From contig OZ234493.1 of assembly GCA_965153455.1 (NCBI GenBank), forward strand, positions 13,692,213 to 13,756,212: a stretch of DNA of 64,000 nt. Reading direction: 5' to 3'. Under the pieces are notes generated by a model. That model ran no database searches, was not told the DNA's origin, and worked only from the letters and a program-made list of their open reading frames with translations. Within the stretch, counting starts at the first letter, position 1. Each line of letters begins with the position of its first letter. Shown in pieces: positions 49,918 to 61,820 of this stretch. This DNA is from Sphagnum compactum (lineage: Eukaryota). Made by a program: the position numbers and the translations under genes.

Positions 49918-52456
49918 CTTATGGTGGCCCAATTGGTGACTCCTCATCAACTCCTTAGTGGGATGCAATATGTCAGTTTGATTAATATGAGTAACCAAGC
50001 TTTTCCCTCACATGGATCTCTACATCCCTATTTAAGGGTATTTGTCTACATGTCTGGGTTGTCACATGCGACTTGTGCACTGCAAAGTGCATTCTATATT
50101 CCCCATACTTACTGCTATTAGCATATGAGTTTCCCAACTACATTGCAACACAAAAATACCCAGCTAATCATAAACTCTACTGACATCAAATTTGATTTGC
50201 TTCTCTTTAGTTATTTTCTCATTCCACCACACATCCCAATTGCTTCTATTATTTTGTTACTCTTGAAACAGACCCAATTTCTTCTCTTATTCTTTTACTC
50301 AAAAGAAATGGATCCAATTTACTGCTCACTCCTTCGTTTACTTACTCACTGTCGGATCTGATTATTATTTTTAGTTTCTTAATCACAATAGATCTAATCA
50401 TTTGCTTGTTGGCTTCACTTACTCATAGCAGATCTAATTGCCTTATACGTACCAAATGATTGGAGGGGTCCAGACTCCAAACATCTAGACTCTTTTCCCT
50501 CTGCCAACTTAGTCTATTTGTTATAACATATCAATTTTTTTCTAGAAAATTCTTCTTGCAAAGTTTTTTTTTCAGATTTTTTGTAATAAGGGGATTTTTT
50601 AACTGTAGAATATTAAGCATTGTCCAGAATCTCCACACAAATCTAGTTCACTAATGTTAGCACCATACCAGCTATTATAGTCTGGCATAATAATTATTCC
50701 TCAAATGGTGTGCAAGAAAAGAGGGGAAAAAAGAAGAAGGAGAAAACAAGGGGAAAAGCTTCTCCAACTTCCCTTTCCTTTGCAATTAGGACATTGTCAT
50801 AATGAATTTTTTAAATAATCACATTCCAAGGCTCTTAAGGTTTTGGTCTACAAATTAACATGTTTCCGCTTTTCTAAGTCGTTTTTTTAATTTTTATTTT
50901 ATACTATAAATATCATGATATCTTAAAACACCATCCAAGAAGAGGTTTTTCTCTTTGCAATTGTAGTATATCACAAGGAATTATTATGATAATTATAACT
51001 CTTTGACCAAGGAAAAAAACTTTGGATTGATCTAAGGTTATGTAATTTAGTTGCACTTGTGATCATAATATTAATATGTTTAAATGATTAATGTATTGTG
51101 TGGTTAATAATATTTCCATTTCCATTTCCATTTCCACTAGTTTCAATAATTTAGTTTAAAATTGTAATTATAATGAAATATTGTATCAATTTACATATTA
51201 AAGTGTCAAAGATGTGAGAATGCGACATGGTTCAAATATAATAAATATAAAAATGACATTCATGTATAATAATTATGGAAAAAAAAGATGAACTATTTTT
51301 AATATTCTAATAGGTGATAGGTCATATTTGCATGAAGGATAAAAATTATCAAATTAAAAAGACATACAAACCATTTGATTTCATCAATTAATTGTGTTTG
51401 TTCTATAACAATATTTTCATCTTTTATCATTTTTCACAATGTCCATAATAATTTTAAGAAATTCAATAAGTTACAAATATATTTAAATTCATACATACAC
51501 CTTGCAAAACAATGGTCATATGTTGAATTCACTTTATTTTGTAACGGGTTCACACTCAAAACAACATATGATTGAAGAGATATTGAATTTTAAATGATTT
51601 TTGTCACTAAAGTTGAACAAAAACTTAAAAATATGAAAAAAATTAGCTTTTCAAAGTTTGTCACATTAAAAGATCTCGAAACTGTAAGGTTTTGAATTAC
51701 ACACTTGGTATTCTTGGAAAGCTCTCAATGCATAGAGGTGCACACATTGGTTTTGTGACATTTCATTAGAAGAAAAATTGTCATTTGCAACCAATTTTTG
51801 CAACTAAAAATTATCATTTGCAACTATATTGACAATTTATAGTTGCAAACATTGGTTACATTTACAACAATTTTTCTTCTGGTGTTTAGAACCATGTTAC
51901 ACAAGTTATTGAATATTGAGATTTTTTTTCAATGAAAATTGAATTAAATCAAAATGAAAAAAATTAGTAGAATCTAGGTGCATTTTTGGTACTATTGGAA
52001 AAATCTTGAATGAGTAGGATTTAATGGAAATTTTTTCATAATTTTTAGACCTAAAGTGCATGAAATATTGATTATTGAATTTTTTTGTCATTGAAATGTC
52101 AAATAAATTCTAAAAATTAGGTTTTGGTAAAAAAAAATCAATTCAACAATGTGTTCACACTTAGAGAAAACATGTTTACCATGCAATTCAAATAAGATTT
52201 CCTTTCATATTTGGATCTTCAAAAATTGAATATATACCTTCCATAATAATGTTCATATGTTGAGTTCACCCTATATTTATGTAATGGGTTCACACTTGGA
52301 CCAATCATGCATGCCACACTATTTACCTTGCAAAACAATGTTTATATGTTGAGTTCACACCATGTTGGGCAAATATCACATTTTAAAAATACCTATTGGG
52401 TCTAGTTTTCCAAATAGGTTTTGAAAATTGAACTAGTTATTTAGTATTTTTTAAAA

Positions 52457-52833
52457 CAAATGTATTCAAAAAATATTTCACTAGTTTTTGAAAATGTCAA
52501 GTATATAATCAAACAATATCTATCAGATATTCAAATTAGTTTTCATAATCCAAATTAAATTTTTTCAAACCTAATTAAAAGCTTTCAAAAACTTAGGATA
52601 CTTCATCTACGTACCTTTAAACTATTTAGATCAAACGTATTTAGATTCAAAATTTGAAATCTAGGTACATTTAAAGGTACGTAGATCAAGTACCTAAGTT
52701 TTTGAAAGCTTTTAATTAGGTTTGAAAAAAGTTAATTCAGATTATGCAAACTAATTTGAATATCTAATAGATATTGTTTGAATATATATTTGACATTCAC
52801 AAAAATTGGTGAAATATTTTTAAAATGCATTTG
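52457..52833. repeat. Inverted repeat / hairpin (~165-bp arms, ~48-nt loop), MITE-like
   Basis: 52457-52621 is the reverse complement of 52670-52833, e.g. ttcaaacctaattaaaagctttcaaaaacttagg versus cctaagtttttgaaagcttttaattaggtttgaa. Confidence 0.9.
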
Positions 52834-54099
52834 ATTAGCTAAAAAGCTTATGTATTTAGATTTCAAAAACTTACGATACTTAATCAAACATACCTTTCAA
52901 ACCTTTCATTTTTTAGCCCTATTAACCACCCTACACCTTATACCCTATACCTTATCCAAAACCTTTTCCCTTACCCCAACACCTACTTGATATTTAGATC
53001 TAAGTAAGATTATGATACTCTATGTAGGTAGGATTATGATATCCTACTCAGATTTCAAAATTTGAAATCTAAATTTTACACCAGATATTACAAGACCATA
53101 ACCTTGAAATATTTCATCAAATATGATATCTTTAAACTATTGCCTTGTCCTAGGTCCCTTATTTCGAAAATTTCCACCCTAGGGTTATACTTTACACATA
53201 GTTCTAAATCAATTGAACCCACAAATAATTGTATGTAGTTGACAAAATTAATTTTATTTCCCAAAAGGATCAATTTTCAAAATAATCCTCTTTTTTATTT
53301 TGTTAACAAATTAGTCATATTATTAACCAATCATATATTTACTCCATGTAAAATGAATCCCAACAAAACAAACCCCCCATAATGGCCTTATTTCCAAAAA
53401 TAATCAACCCCTAAATTCTTTTTATTCCCCAAAAGGATTTATTTTCAAAATAATCTCATTTTTTAGAAAACTTTAACCCCAAATTAATCTTATTCCCAAA
53501 AGGATTAACCCTTGAATTAATTTCCACTAGTCAAAATAAATTTTATGAACACAAAATAAATTTCAAGTTGAAAGAAAGAGGGGCTACACATGAGAAAGTA
53601 ATAGATTGGGTGGAAAAGAAAAAGAAACTCAGCAAGAGACCAAGGGAAAAAGGAAAAAAAAAACAAATTAGGTCTCAAGATCTCAAATTAGTAAGAGTTA
53701 GGTGGTTTTGTAAATCATAAGCGAATTTAACATCGAAACTATGTATGTTTATTACATAGCTATGGAAATTTATGTTCTTATTTGCACAAATATTTTCTCA
53801 CCTTTTTATTTTCTATGTATAATTAACATGCCACACCATTCTCCTACCATGGATTTCACACACACAAATTATGTCGAACCTTTCAAAAATAAAATCTCAA
53901 TGCCTTTCATAATTTCATTCCATAAAATTTTGCACTCATACAACTTATTTTCATCAAGTGAAGGTGTTTCCAAAGGTCACAAACACCCACTTATATACTA
54001 ACCAAAAGAAAATTAAACAAGAAATTTCCTAAAGTCTACACATCACATGTTTCCCCATGGCTCCCAATGCGATTTCACATGCATAATAAAATGACAAAT

Positions 54100-54360
54100 T
54101 TTTTTTCACATGAATTATCATATGTGAATTAATGTACACTAATGTGTTAAAGACTTTTCACATGACTTTTCACATAAATTATCATGTGTGAATCAATGCA
54201 CAGTAATGTTTCAAAAACTTTTCACATAAATTATCATGTGTGAATCAATGCACACTATGTGTCAAAGACTTTTCACATGAATTATCATGTGTGAGTCAAT
54301 GCACATTAATGTGTCAAAAACTTTTCACATAATTTTTCAAATGAATTATCATGTGAAAAT
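54100..54360. repeat. ~50-60 bp tandem repeat (about 4-5 units)
   Basis: ttttcacatgaattatcatgtgtgaatcaatgcaca.taatgtgtcaaagac recurs. Confidence 0.9.
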
Positions 54361-54889
54361 CAAGCACATTAAATGAAATCACCAAACCATTAAATAATTA
54401 CATAAGTAATAACTTAATTACATCAAGTTACAGCTTCCCTAATGTCCAAAATTTCTTGCAAGCGATGTAAGCCTTATGCTCAAACATTGGTCACTAATTT
54501 TTGACGGGTCACTGATTCATCAATTTTTAATATGGATTATGTCCGTAATGGGCTAGGTACCCAACAATTCCCTAACTAATGATGGTGGTTAGTTCAGTGC
54601 TTTTTTGACTACCTACTAACAACCCACTTGTGGGTTGTTAGTAGGTAAATAATAAAATTAGCCTTTACCTATGTGTAAACCATCTATTTACCTAGTAGTT
54701 ACCTATTTTCCTACTTATCTACCTATATATGAAACCTACTTATTATAGAATTGGTTACCAAGGTGAAACCAAATATTAACCCAGCTGAAGTTCATCCAAA
54801 ACTGAGTGATAATGGGCATCCAGTGGATGGTGCGGTGATGGGTGCTGGTTCACTGTGGCCAGTCGATTAGGAGAAATGTTAATATAGAC

Positions 54890-55600
54890 ACAAGGTAAGT
54901 TCCAAGTTCTTTGTTTTTTTTTTTTTTTTTTTTTTGGGCTGTCAAGCCAATTTGATTGGCCCATTGCTCCCAAAAAAATGAAACTATGGAGGCTCCTCAA
55001 AATAGAAGGTTCTGTTTTTATGTATATAGTTCCTCCCCTTGGGCCCACCTATATAGGTGAAAGGAGAACAACATTTGCCAAAGCATATGGGCTAAAAGTG
55101 AGGTGCTTATATGGAGAACATGTTGAGGAACACATTGTGAACTTGAGGAACATTTCAGGAACCCATTAGGAACTTAGAGGGAACACGGTGGGAACACATT
55201 AGGAAACAGGGAAAACTGAAAAAAAAAAATCTTCCCTCCCCCCCCCCCCCCCCCTAACTTAAAAGGAATAAAAGCCCTGCACCTTGGCCCTTCCTATTGG
55301 CTGAAAGGAAAAAAAATCCTCCCCCCTCTCCCTCGCCGCCCCTAATAAAACTTGCATGGAAAGTCCAGTTCCAAGTGGACACTGGACAGTCCACTCTCCA
55401 CACCAAATATAGCTTGAAAAAAAAAGCCTCCCCTCCAAACTCCAACCTCCCAACCCTAAACCCAAAACTTAAAAGGAAAAAAACCAAGGCACCCTGAGAG
55501 CATGATTGCACTTCCCATTGGCTGGATGAAATTTCTCTCCTCAAAAGGGTTCGTCACAATTTTTCGCCTGGCCTAATAATACCCATCGCACCGAACACCC
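54890..55600 (+). repeat. Dispersed repeat family copy (second copy at 59822-60300)
   Basis: aatttgattggcc...aaactatggag...caaaatagaagg...gttcctccc.ttgg.cccacctatataggtgaaaggag...cttcccattggctg.atgaaatttctct is present at both loci. Confidence 0.85.
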
Positions 55601-55937
55601 CACATATATAGGTGAGAAGGGGAGGATTTTGGGCAAAACATACGAGTTTGAAATCAGGTGCTATTGGGAACATCCTTGGGGAACACATTGAGAACTTGGG
55701 AACAACTTGGAGAAATGGTAGGAACACATCAGCAACTCATGACAAAAAAAACCTCTCCCCCCTCCCCCCTCCCCCCCAAAACCCAAATTAGAAAGCTGGG
55801 ACCCCTGAGTGGTTGCTGCACCTTCTCATTGGCTGGATGCAATTTCTATTTCCAAAACTGTTAGTCACCATTTTTGGCCTAGGCTAATGGCAGGGAAATA
55901 AATTTGGGGGACATGGTCACCTCTCCTATTAATTAGA

Positions 55938-58900
55938 CTAGTTTGAACCCCGTGCCTAATGCACAGGTGTGTTATTTCAACAATGTTTGGTTCATGTTTT
56001 AGTTTTTTTTTAAAACTTTTATCTTTTTTATTTTTTATTTTTATGGGTTTTCTGTTTTTCTTATTATTTTGTATAATAAAAATAAAGTGTTTCTTTTTCA
56101 CTTTTGTATTTTGTTTATTTGGATGCAAGTTTGAAGTTTGGAGAAAGAAGACACACCTCATTCTTTTTCAAGTAGGGTTTTTCTTCATTATTATAAGTTT
56201 TATTTTTTCTTATTTTCTACTCTTTATTTGGTTTCTTCTTTTTTGTAATTTTTTTTCTTTTAAACTGATTTTACTGTATTTCCCTTTCCTTGTTTCATTT
56301 GTTTCCATTCCTTTTTTATAGTTTTTGTGTTTTTACTTTTTTTTGTTTATGTTTGTTTCATGTTTTAATGTTTTCTATTCTTATTTTTGGCGCCCCGATC
56401 TTAGATGTAGGTTGACTAACCGTCACTGGTGGCAGCTGCGAAGCCAGCGTTCAACCGGCGCACTCGCAGGCAATCAGCTACTCCCCAACGCCTCGCTGGA
56501 GCGCGACGGAAAGGCACTGATTGATTTGCTAGATGGTCTGTCCTCGGGGTCGGTTGTGTTTATCAGCGTGACGGATGGCGATCTTACGGATCATGATGCG
56601 CGTCTCGGGGGTGGAGCCGCCGAACGTCTCCCAGGCCATGGCGATCAAACGCAGGCCATTGCGGCAACACTTTTCGTCGTCAGAGTGCTTCTTGGCGGTG
56701 GCGGCCTTGGCAGCGACCAGACTCTTTCCCGCCGCACGATCGATGAAGGTGGGCTGCAGTCGGTGTGTAATCACAGAGTCCAGGCAGGCGTCCTGGCCGA
56801 CGCAGAACATCGGGAGCAGGACGTCAGCGGGAGGATCCTTGCGGTCGGTAATTAGGCCGGTCTTCTCGAGGCGGGACTTGAGACTCGCCTCATTGGCGAT
56901 GATGTTCTGCACGTACGGCATGCGGTCGTGGCGACAAATGGTGTGCGACCCGTGCCTGCAAGTCACAGCGTGGTCGTCGTACGGGTCCATCACGTGCAGA
57001 CGGCACTTTGGGCAGTGGACAGCTGGGCATGTCTTCAAGCCCAGCCGGAACTGGACGACACGCTGGAAGTGGCGCGGTGGCAGGGTGAGGCCGAGATAGG
57101 GCAGCGGCAGGGCGGTGAGGTACCCCGACGCCTAGCCAACGTGCAAAGACTGGAGGCGCCCCTTGTTGCACACGTTGCGGTCGTACTTGGCGACGAGGTT
57201 GCCCGGGTTGACGCAGGCGCTCAAACTCGGCGCTCAGGTTGTCGATCAGGTCCGCGTCGGCATCGTTGTGGCCGAGCAGTTTGTTGACTAGGCCGGCGGT
57301 GCCCAGGCACGAGCTGACGTAGGCGGCATCGGGGTGGTCCTCGACAATGCCAATGGCCAACCCGGCCTTGCCGATCAACAGGTGGGCCTGCTTCCATGCG
57401 AGCAGGTCGTCGATTTGGGCGGAGAATATGGCCTCGATTGCCATCTGCCAATTCTGGTCGGCGGTCTTCAGCTCGTTGCAAATACAGTCGCGACGCACGG
57501 TGCGGAGCAGGTGGTTGATCTTGGACGAATTGGCGCTGCCGCGCAAGATGATCATCTCAGTCTGCGGTCGAGGATCGACTGGATGTTGTCGATCTTGGCC
57601 TTGATGAAGTCCTGCAGGTACAGGTCGCGGCCGATCGGGCAGCCGAGCGTCTTCTGGCCGTCCTCGAATGTCTTGAACTTAATCGACGCCGGGAACAGGC
57701 ACCGCAGGTCGATTGCGTCGGCGTCGCTGGTGATCGATGACTTGTGCAGCTGCAGGTGGAGGCCGTGCTCAAGTCCGTCGTCGACGAACAGCTGGACGGC
57801 TCGACTCGTGTCATTGAGCGTGCCGACGATCTTGCCATCATCGAGGTACCACGCGTTCAGCTGTAGGTCGGGGATGATGTTGCGCACCTTGAGGAGGAAG
57901 GCGTGTGCAGGGTCAGCGAGAACAAGAGGCCGACCAGCGGGTCGCCCTGGTCGACGCCGGATGTTAGCGAGAACACGTGATCCTTGTAATACAGGGGGCC
58001 CGCCTGTGTGTAGACGGTGGCGACGAACCACGCCATGCTCGGCAGCTTGTCGACGACCAAATCAATGGCGGTTTGGCGTAGGCAGCGCCCGTAGGCGTTC
58101 TGCAGGTCCAGGTCGACCTCGGCATGCGTTTCGTGGTCGATGGTGTCACGCAACATGTTGGTAGGGAGCACGATCGCCTCGGCCCCGTCGGCGACACCGG
58201 CGCGAAGCTGGAATGGGTTCAGCAACTCGGCGATTGCGACGCACTCCTTGTCCAGTAGGCACTTGCCGACGATGCGTCGGTCCAGCAGCATCAGGTTCAG
58301 CTGGCGGATGTCGTACTCGGTCGGGTCGGCGCGTAGCGCCTCCTGGGACGCTTCCTTGATGAGTAGGATGGCCCGCCCGACGCTAAAGCACGGGCCGATG
58401 GCCTCCGGCCAGGCACCCTACGCCAGCACGTTGACAAAGCGGCTGTACGCCCGCTAACAAGCGTCCGCCGCGTTGGCTGAGGGAGCAACGGCGTAGTACT
58501 TATAAAACTCGGCACGGTTGCCGTCCATGCCCAACGCGGTTCCCTTCAGGATGCTGTTGACGATGTGCATGATCTGGCCCTTCTTGAAGTTGTGGCCGGC
58601 CGGCAGGTCGGCCAGCGGTTGCATCTCGGGCAGGTCGGCTTGTTGTAGCTTGGACAGCAGCTTGCCGAACGTGCGCTCGCTCGACTTCGCCATGCCGCAC
58701 GACATCAAGGCACGCGCGGCGCAGCCTACCCTGCCACATTGCACCAGCTTCTTTGCGCGCTTGGCATTTTGGATGATCAGTTCGTCGCCCTCGAAGCGGT
58801 ACGACGGGGCGGAGATGCAGGCCAGGCGGACTTTGACCATCGCCGACGCCCATTGGGCGCTTGACCACCAAGCTACAACCATTGGACGCAACGGTGGACG

Positions 58901-59821
58901 ATTTGCGTGGCGAACGACGTCGCGAGCTGGGTGCCACCGCGGATGGGCGTGCGCAGGATGGTCTTGGTGAACATGAAGTGCGATAGCCAGCGCTCCAGGT
59001 TGGTCGGCTGGTCGCATAGCTTGTTAAGGATGGTCGTCCAGAGTTGAGTGGCGGCGTTGATCGCGTCCTTGGGTATGTAGTCGGACGTGGGTAGAGTAAC
59101 AGTTAGGATCTATTCTATGCTGGGCAGGTTGAGGTTCTGCGCCAGCCCTTGCGCGCCCTACGAGGAGTTGTTGCCGAGACGACCGGCGTCGACTTGAATG
59201 GGATCGACATCATCTCGGCACTCCTCTAGGAGACGTGTTAGGTTGGTGTTAGATTGCTGCAGGTTCTTGAAGATGCGACGATGATCACGGCAGCGCTCCG
59301 CGTCACCGGTGCATCTTCATCTCTATTCTTATTTTGTCTATCTTCATTTTTTTTCTATTTTCATGCGTTTATTTATTTATTTAGTTTCTATTTTCTTTTC
59401 CAAAAAACTCCTAGTTTTTCTAATATGTTTTATAATAAAAATAATTTTTAAAAAAAATTATTTTTGTTTGATTAGTTGCAGGTTTGAAGTTTGGAAAAAG
59501 AAGACAAACCTCAATTTTTTTTCAAGTATGGTTTTTTTTCTCTTTCTTTTGCTCTCTGTTTTGTTTCTTATTTTTTGTCATCTATTTTTTAATTTTCTTT
59601 TAAGATTATTTTACTGTATTTACCTTTTTTGTTTCATGTTTAAGTGTTTACAAAAAGTTTCTAATTGTTAAAGTGTTTTTCTGTTTTTTTTTTTTTTCTA
59701 GTTTTTTCCCTTTTTAAAATATATATTTGTTCTGTTTGGATGGATGACGGGACCGATGACGGGATGGATGGATGGATGAAAAGCTTCATTTCATCCCGAC
59801 GTCCTTTACTATATGTAATGA
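55938..59821 (-). mobile_element. Non-autonomous Helitron carrying a non-LTR retrotransposon segment
   Basis: Minus-strand 3' end cacacctgtgcattaggcacggggttcaaaCTAG|T differs by 1 base from the end at 48591-48624. Minus-strand 5' end TCATTACATATAGTAAAGG...(catc)n; its 5' flanking base is C rather than the canonical A. Confidence 0.7.
56390..59310 (-). mobile_element. GC-rich, frameshifted non-LTR retrotransposon of CRE-like type (RT + Zn knuckle + restriction-like endonuclease)
   Basis: RT motifs FQLRAGVADGAEAIV, DLQNAY, SGVDQGDPLVGLLF, AWYLDDG, GLHLQLHKS and LGCPIG, then KINHLLRT and WKQAHL...GL. C-terminal CPKC..MDPYDDHAVTC...RHD, PADV...ACLD and AWETFGG (RLE). Spread over several frames. 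Confidence 0.9.
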
Positions 59822-61820
59822 GGTGCCTCCCAAGTTCTTTACTTTTCTTTTGTTTTGGCGACGTGCTAATTTGATTGGCCTGTCACTCCAAAAAAAGAAA
59901 CTATGGAGACTCCCCAAAATAGAAGGCTGTATTTTGAAGTATACAGTTCCTCCCCTTTGGCCCACCTATATAGGTGAAAGGAGGACACCATTTTCCAAGG
60001 CATATGGGATAAAAGTGAGGTGGTATGGAGAACATGTTGGGGAAAATATTGGGAACCCATTGGGAACTTGAAGGGAACATAGTGCAAACACATTGGGAAG
60101 CCGGGAAAAATGAAAAAAAATCTCTCCCCCCCCCCTCCCCGAAACATGAAAGGAAAAAAAGCAAGGCACCTTGGGTGCATGCTTGGGCCTTCCCATTGGC
60201 TGCATGAAATTTCTCTTCCCAAAAGACTTCGTCACCAGTTTTGGCATGGGCTAACGGCCCTTGCAAAGAATAGCCTACCTATTCAGTGTTGGGGCACATT
60301 TGATTTTTAAAAATAATTGTCCGGCTTTTCAAACATTTCAGATCCAGAGAACTGTTTTGTAAGTGTTTCAGAATTCAGGCATTCCAGATGACAAAAGTTG
60401 GGATGGTAGCGTTGGTGAACGGGTAGAGTCAACATGGCTAAATAGCTCAGCAAATTGTATTCCATTATTTTATTGGCCTTGCCTACCGAGGTCAGGATAT
60501 TGTGTTTAGATTCATTATAGAGTATAGTAACTTAAAGGATTTAAAAGTATTAACCCTCAAAGTAATCTTATTTCTCAAAAAGATTTAACCCCAGATTAAT
60601 CTTATTTCCCACTAGTAAAAACAAAATTTATGAACAGTAAACTTTGGCACTTGGAGCACAAAGAGATTTCAAGTCGAGAGAGAGAGAGACAAAGGCTACG
60701 CACGAGAAAGTAACAGACTGGGTGGAAGAGAGAAAGAGACTCAGCAAGAGAGCTAGCGAAAGAGAGAGAGAGAGAGAGAGAGAAGAACAAATCAGGTCTC
60801 AAATCTCAAATTGGCAGGAGTGATGTGGCCTCACTAGCTCTGTCCAGCGCTTGTTTTTCTTGTCACATGTCTTTAGGCCATGCATGGTTCTGCATAGAAC
60901 CAGACAGCATGGTTCTCCGCGTTTTTTTTTCCATGAGGCAAAACAACTTAGGTAAATGTTCTTTTATTTCACGATCTTTTTTTATTTTTTGCAGCAGCAG
61001 CCCAGCGAAATCGAATTCTGAACTTTATAGGTATAATAGACCACTGGGATAGATTCAGGCGCTGAAAGAAGGATGCTTTCTTTTTTATTTGATTAACTTT
61101 CACAGGCAAAAAGTCAGACTCTGCGGCCGAGCCACACGGTTCTCCGCACGGCTGCACTGTCAGGACCAGAAAGGGCGCCGGCCAGTGCTAGATGGGGGGG
61201 GGGGGGGGTGGGGTATTTAGCCTCTCGCCTCCTCAAACACTGGTCACTAACTTTTGACCGGGTCACTAATAACTCACTATTTTTAATCTGGACTGCGTCA
61301 GTAATGGGTTGGGTAGCAGTTGATTCCCAGTAACTTCGTACAGGTGGAAAATGCCTTGCGTGCTGTGCCCACCAACGCCTGCTTTTTCAACACATCCACT
61401 AATTTCTCTTTCGTAAAGATGTGAGGCCCAGGAAGCGCTCATTATTTCATTGCCCCCAGCGTGTCACTCGTGCCTACCGATATCAGCGTCAGGGGCAAAT
61501 TTGACTTTGTCAAATATCTGCCTGGTTTTTCAAGACAAATAAGAAAGAGTTGTGAGAAGAAGAGTTTATGAAGAAAGGGGAGGAAAGGAGTAAGAGAAGA
61601 GTGTGGAAATTTCAGGGGATTGCGAAGAGGAAAGGCATCATATGTCCCCAGAGCTATAGGAAAGATCAGGTTCTGTGAATCTGTGTTGTGATGAAGACAC
61701 TTTAAAACATGTATGCTTTTTGAGAGGGTAAAAGACTTCTGGCAGGTTTTAGGAGAGCAGAAAGGGAAGAGAAAACATATACGAGAGGAGTTAATGAATG
61801 CAGTTTGAGTGGTGGGAGGT

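Noticed and set aside
54817-54860. Second complete MULE
   Set aside because: Only one TIR-like end was found, with no matching left TIR or TSD.
55865-56321. F/L-rich membrane-protein-like ORFs (also 59254-59874)
   Set aside because: Translations of T-rich Helitron internal sequence.
56325-58970. Long plus-strand ORFs (up to 276 aa)
   Set aside because: Antisense shadows of the GC-rich retrotransposon ORF; stops are rare at high GC.
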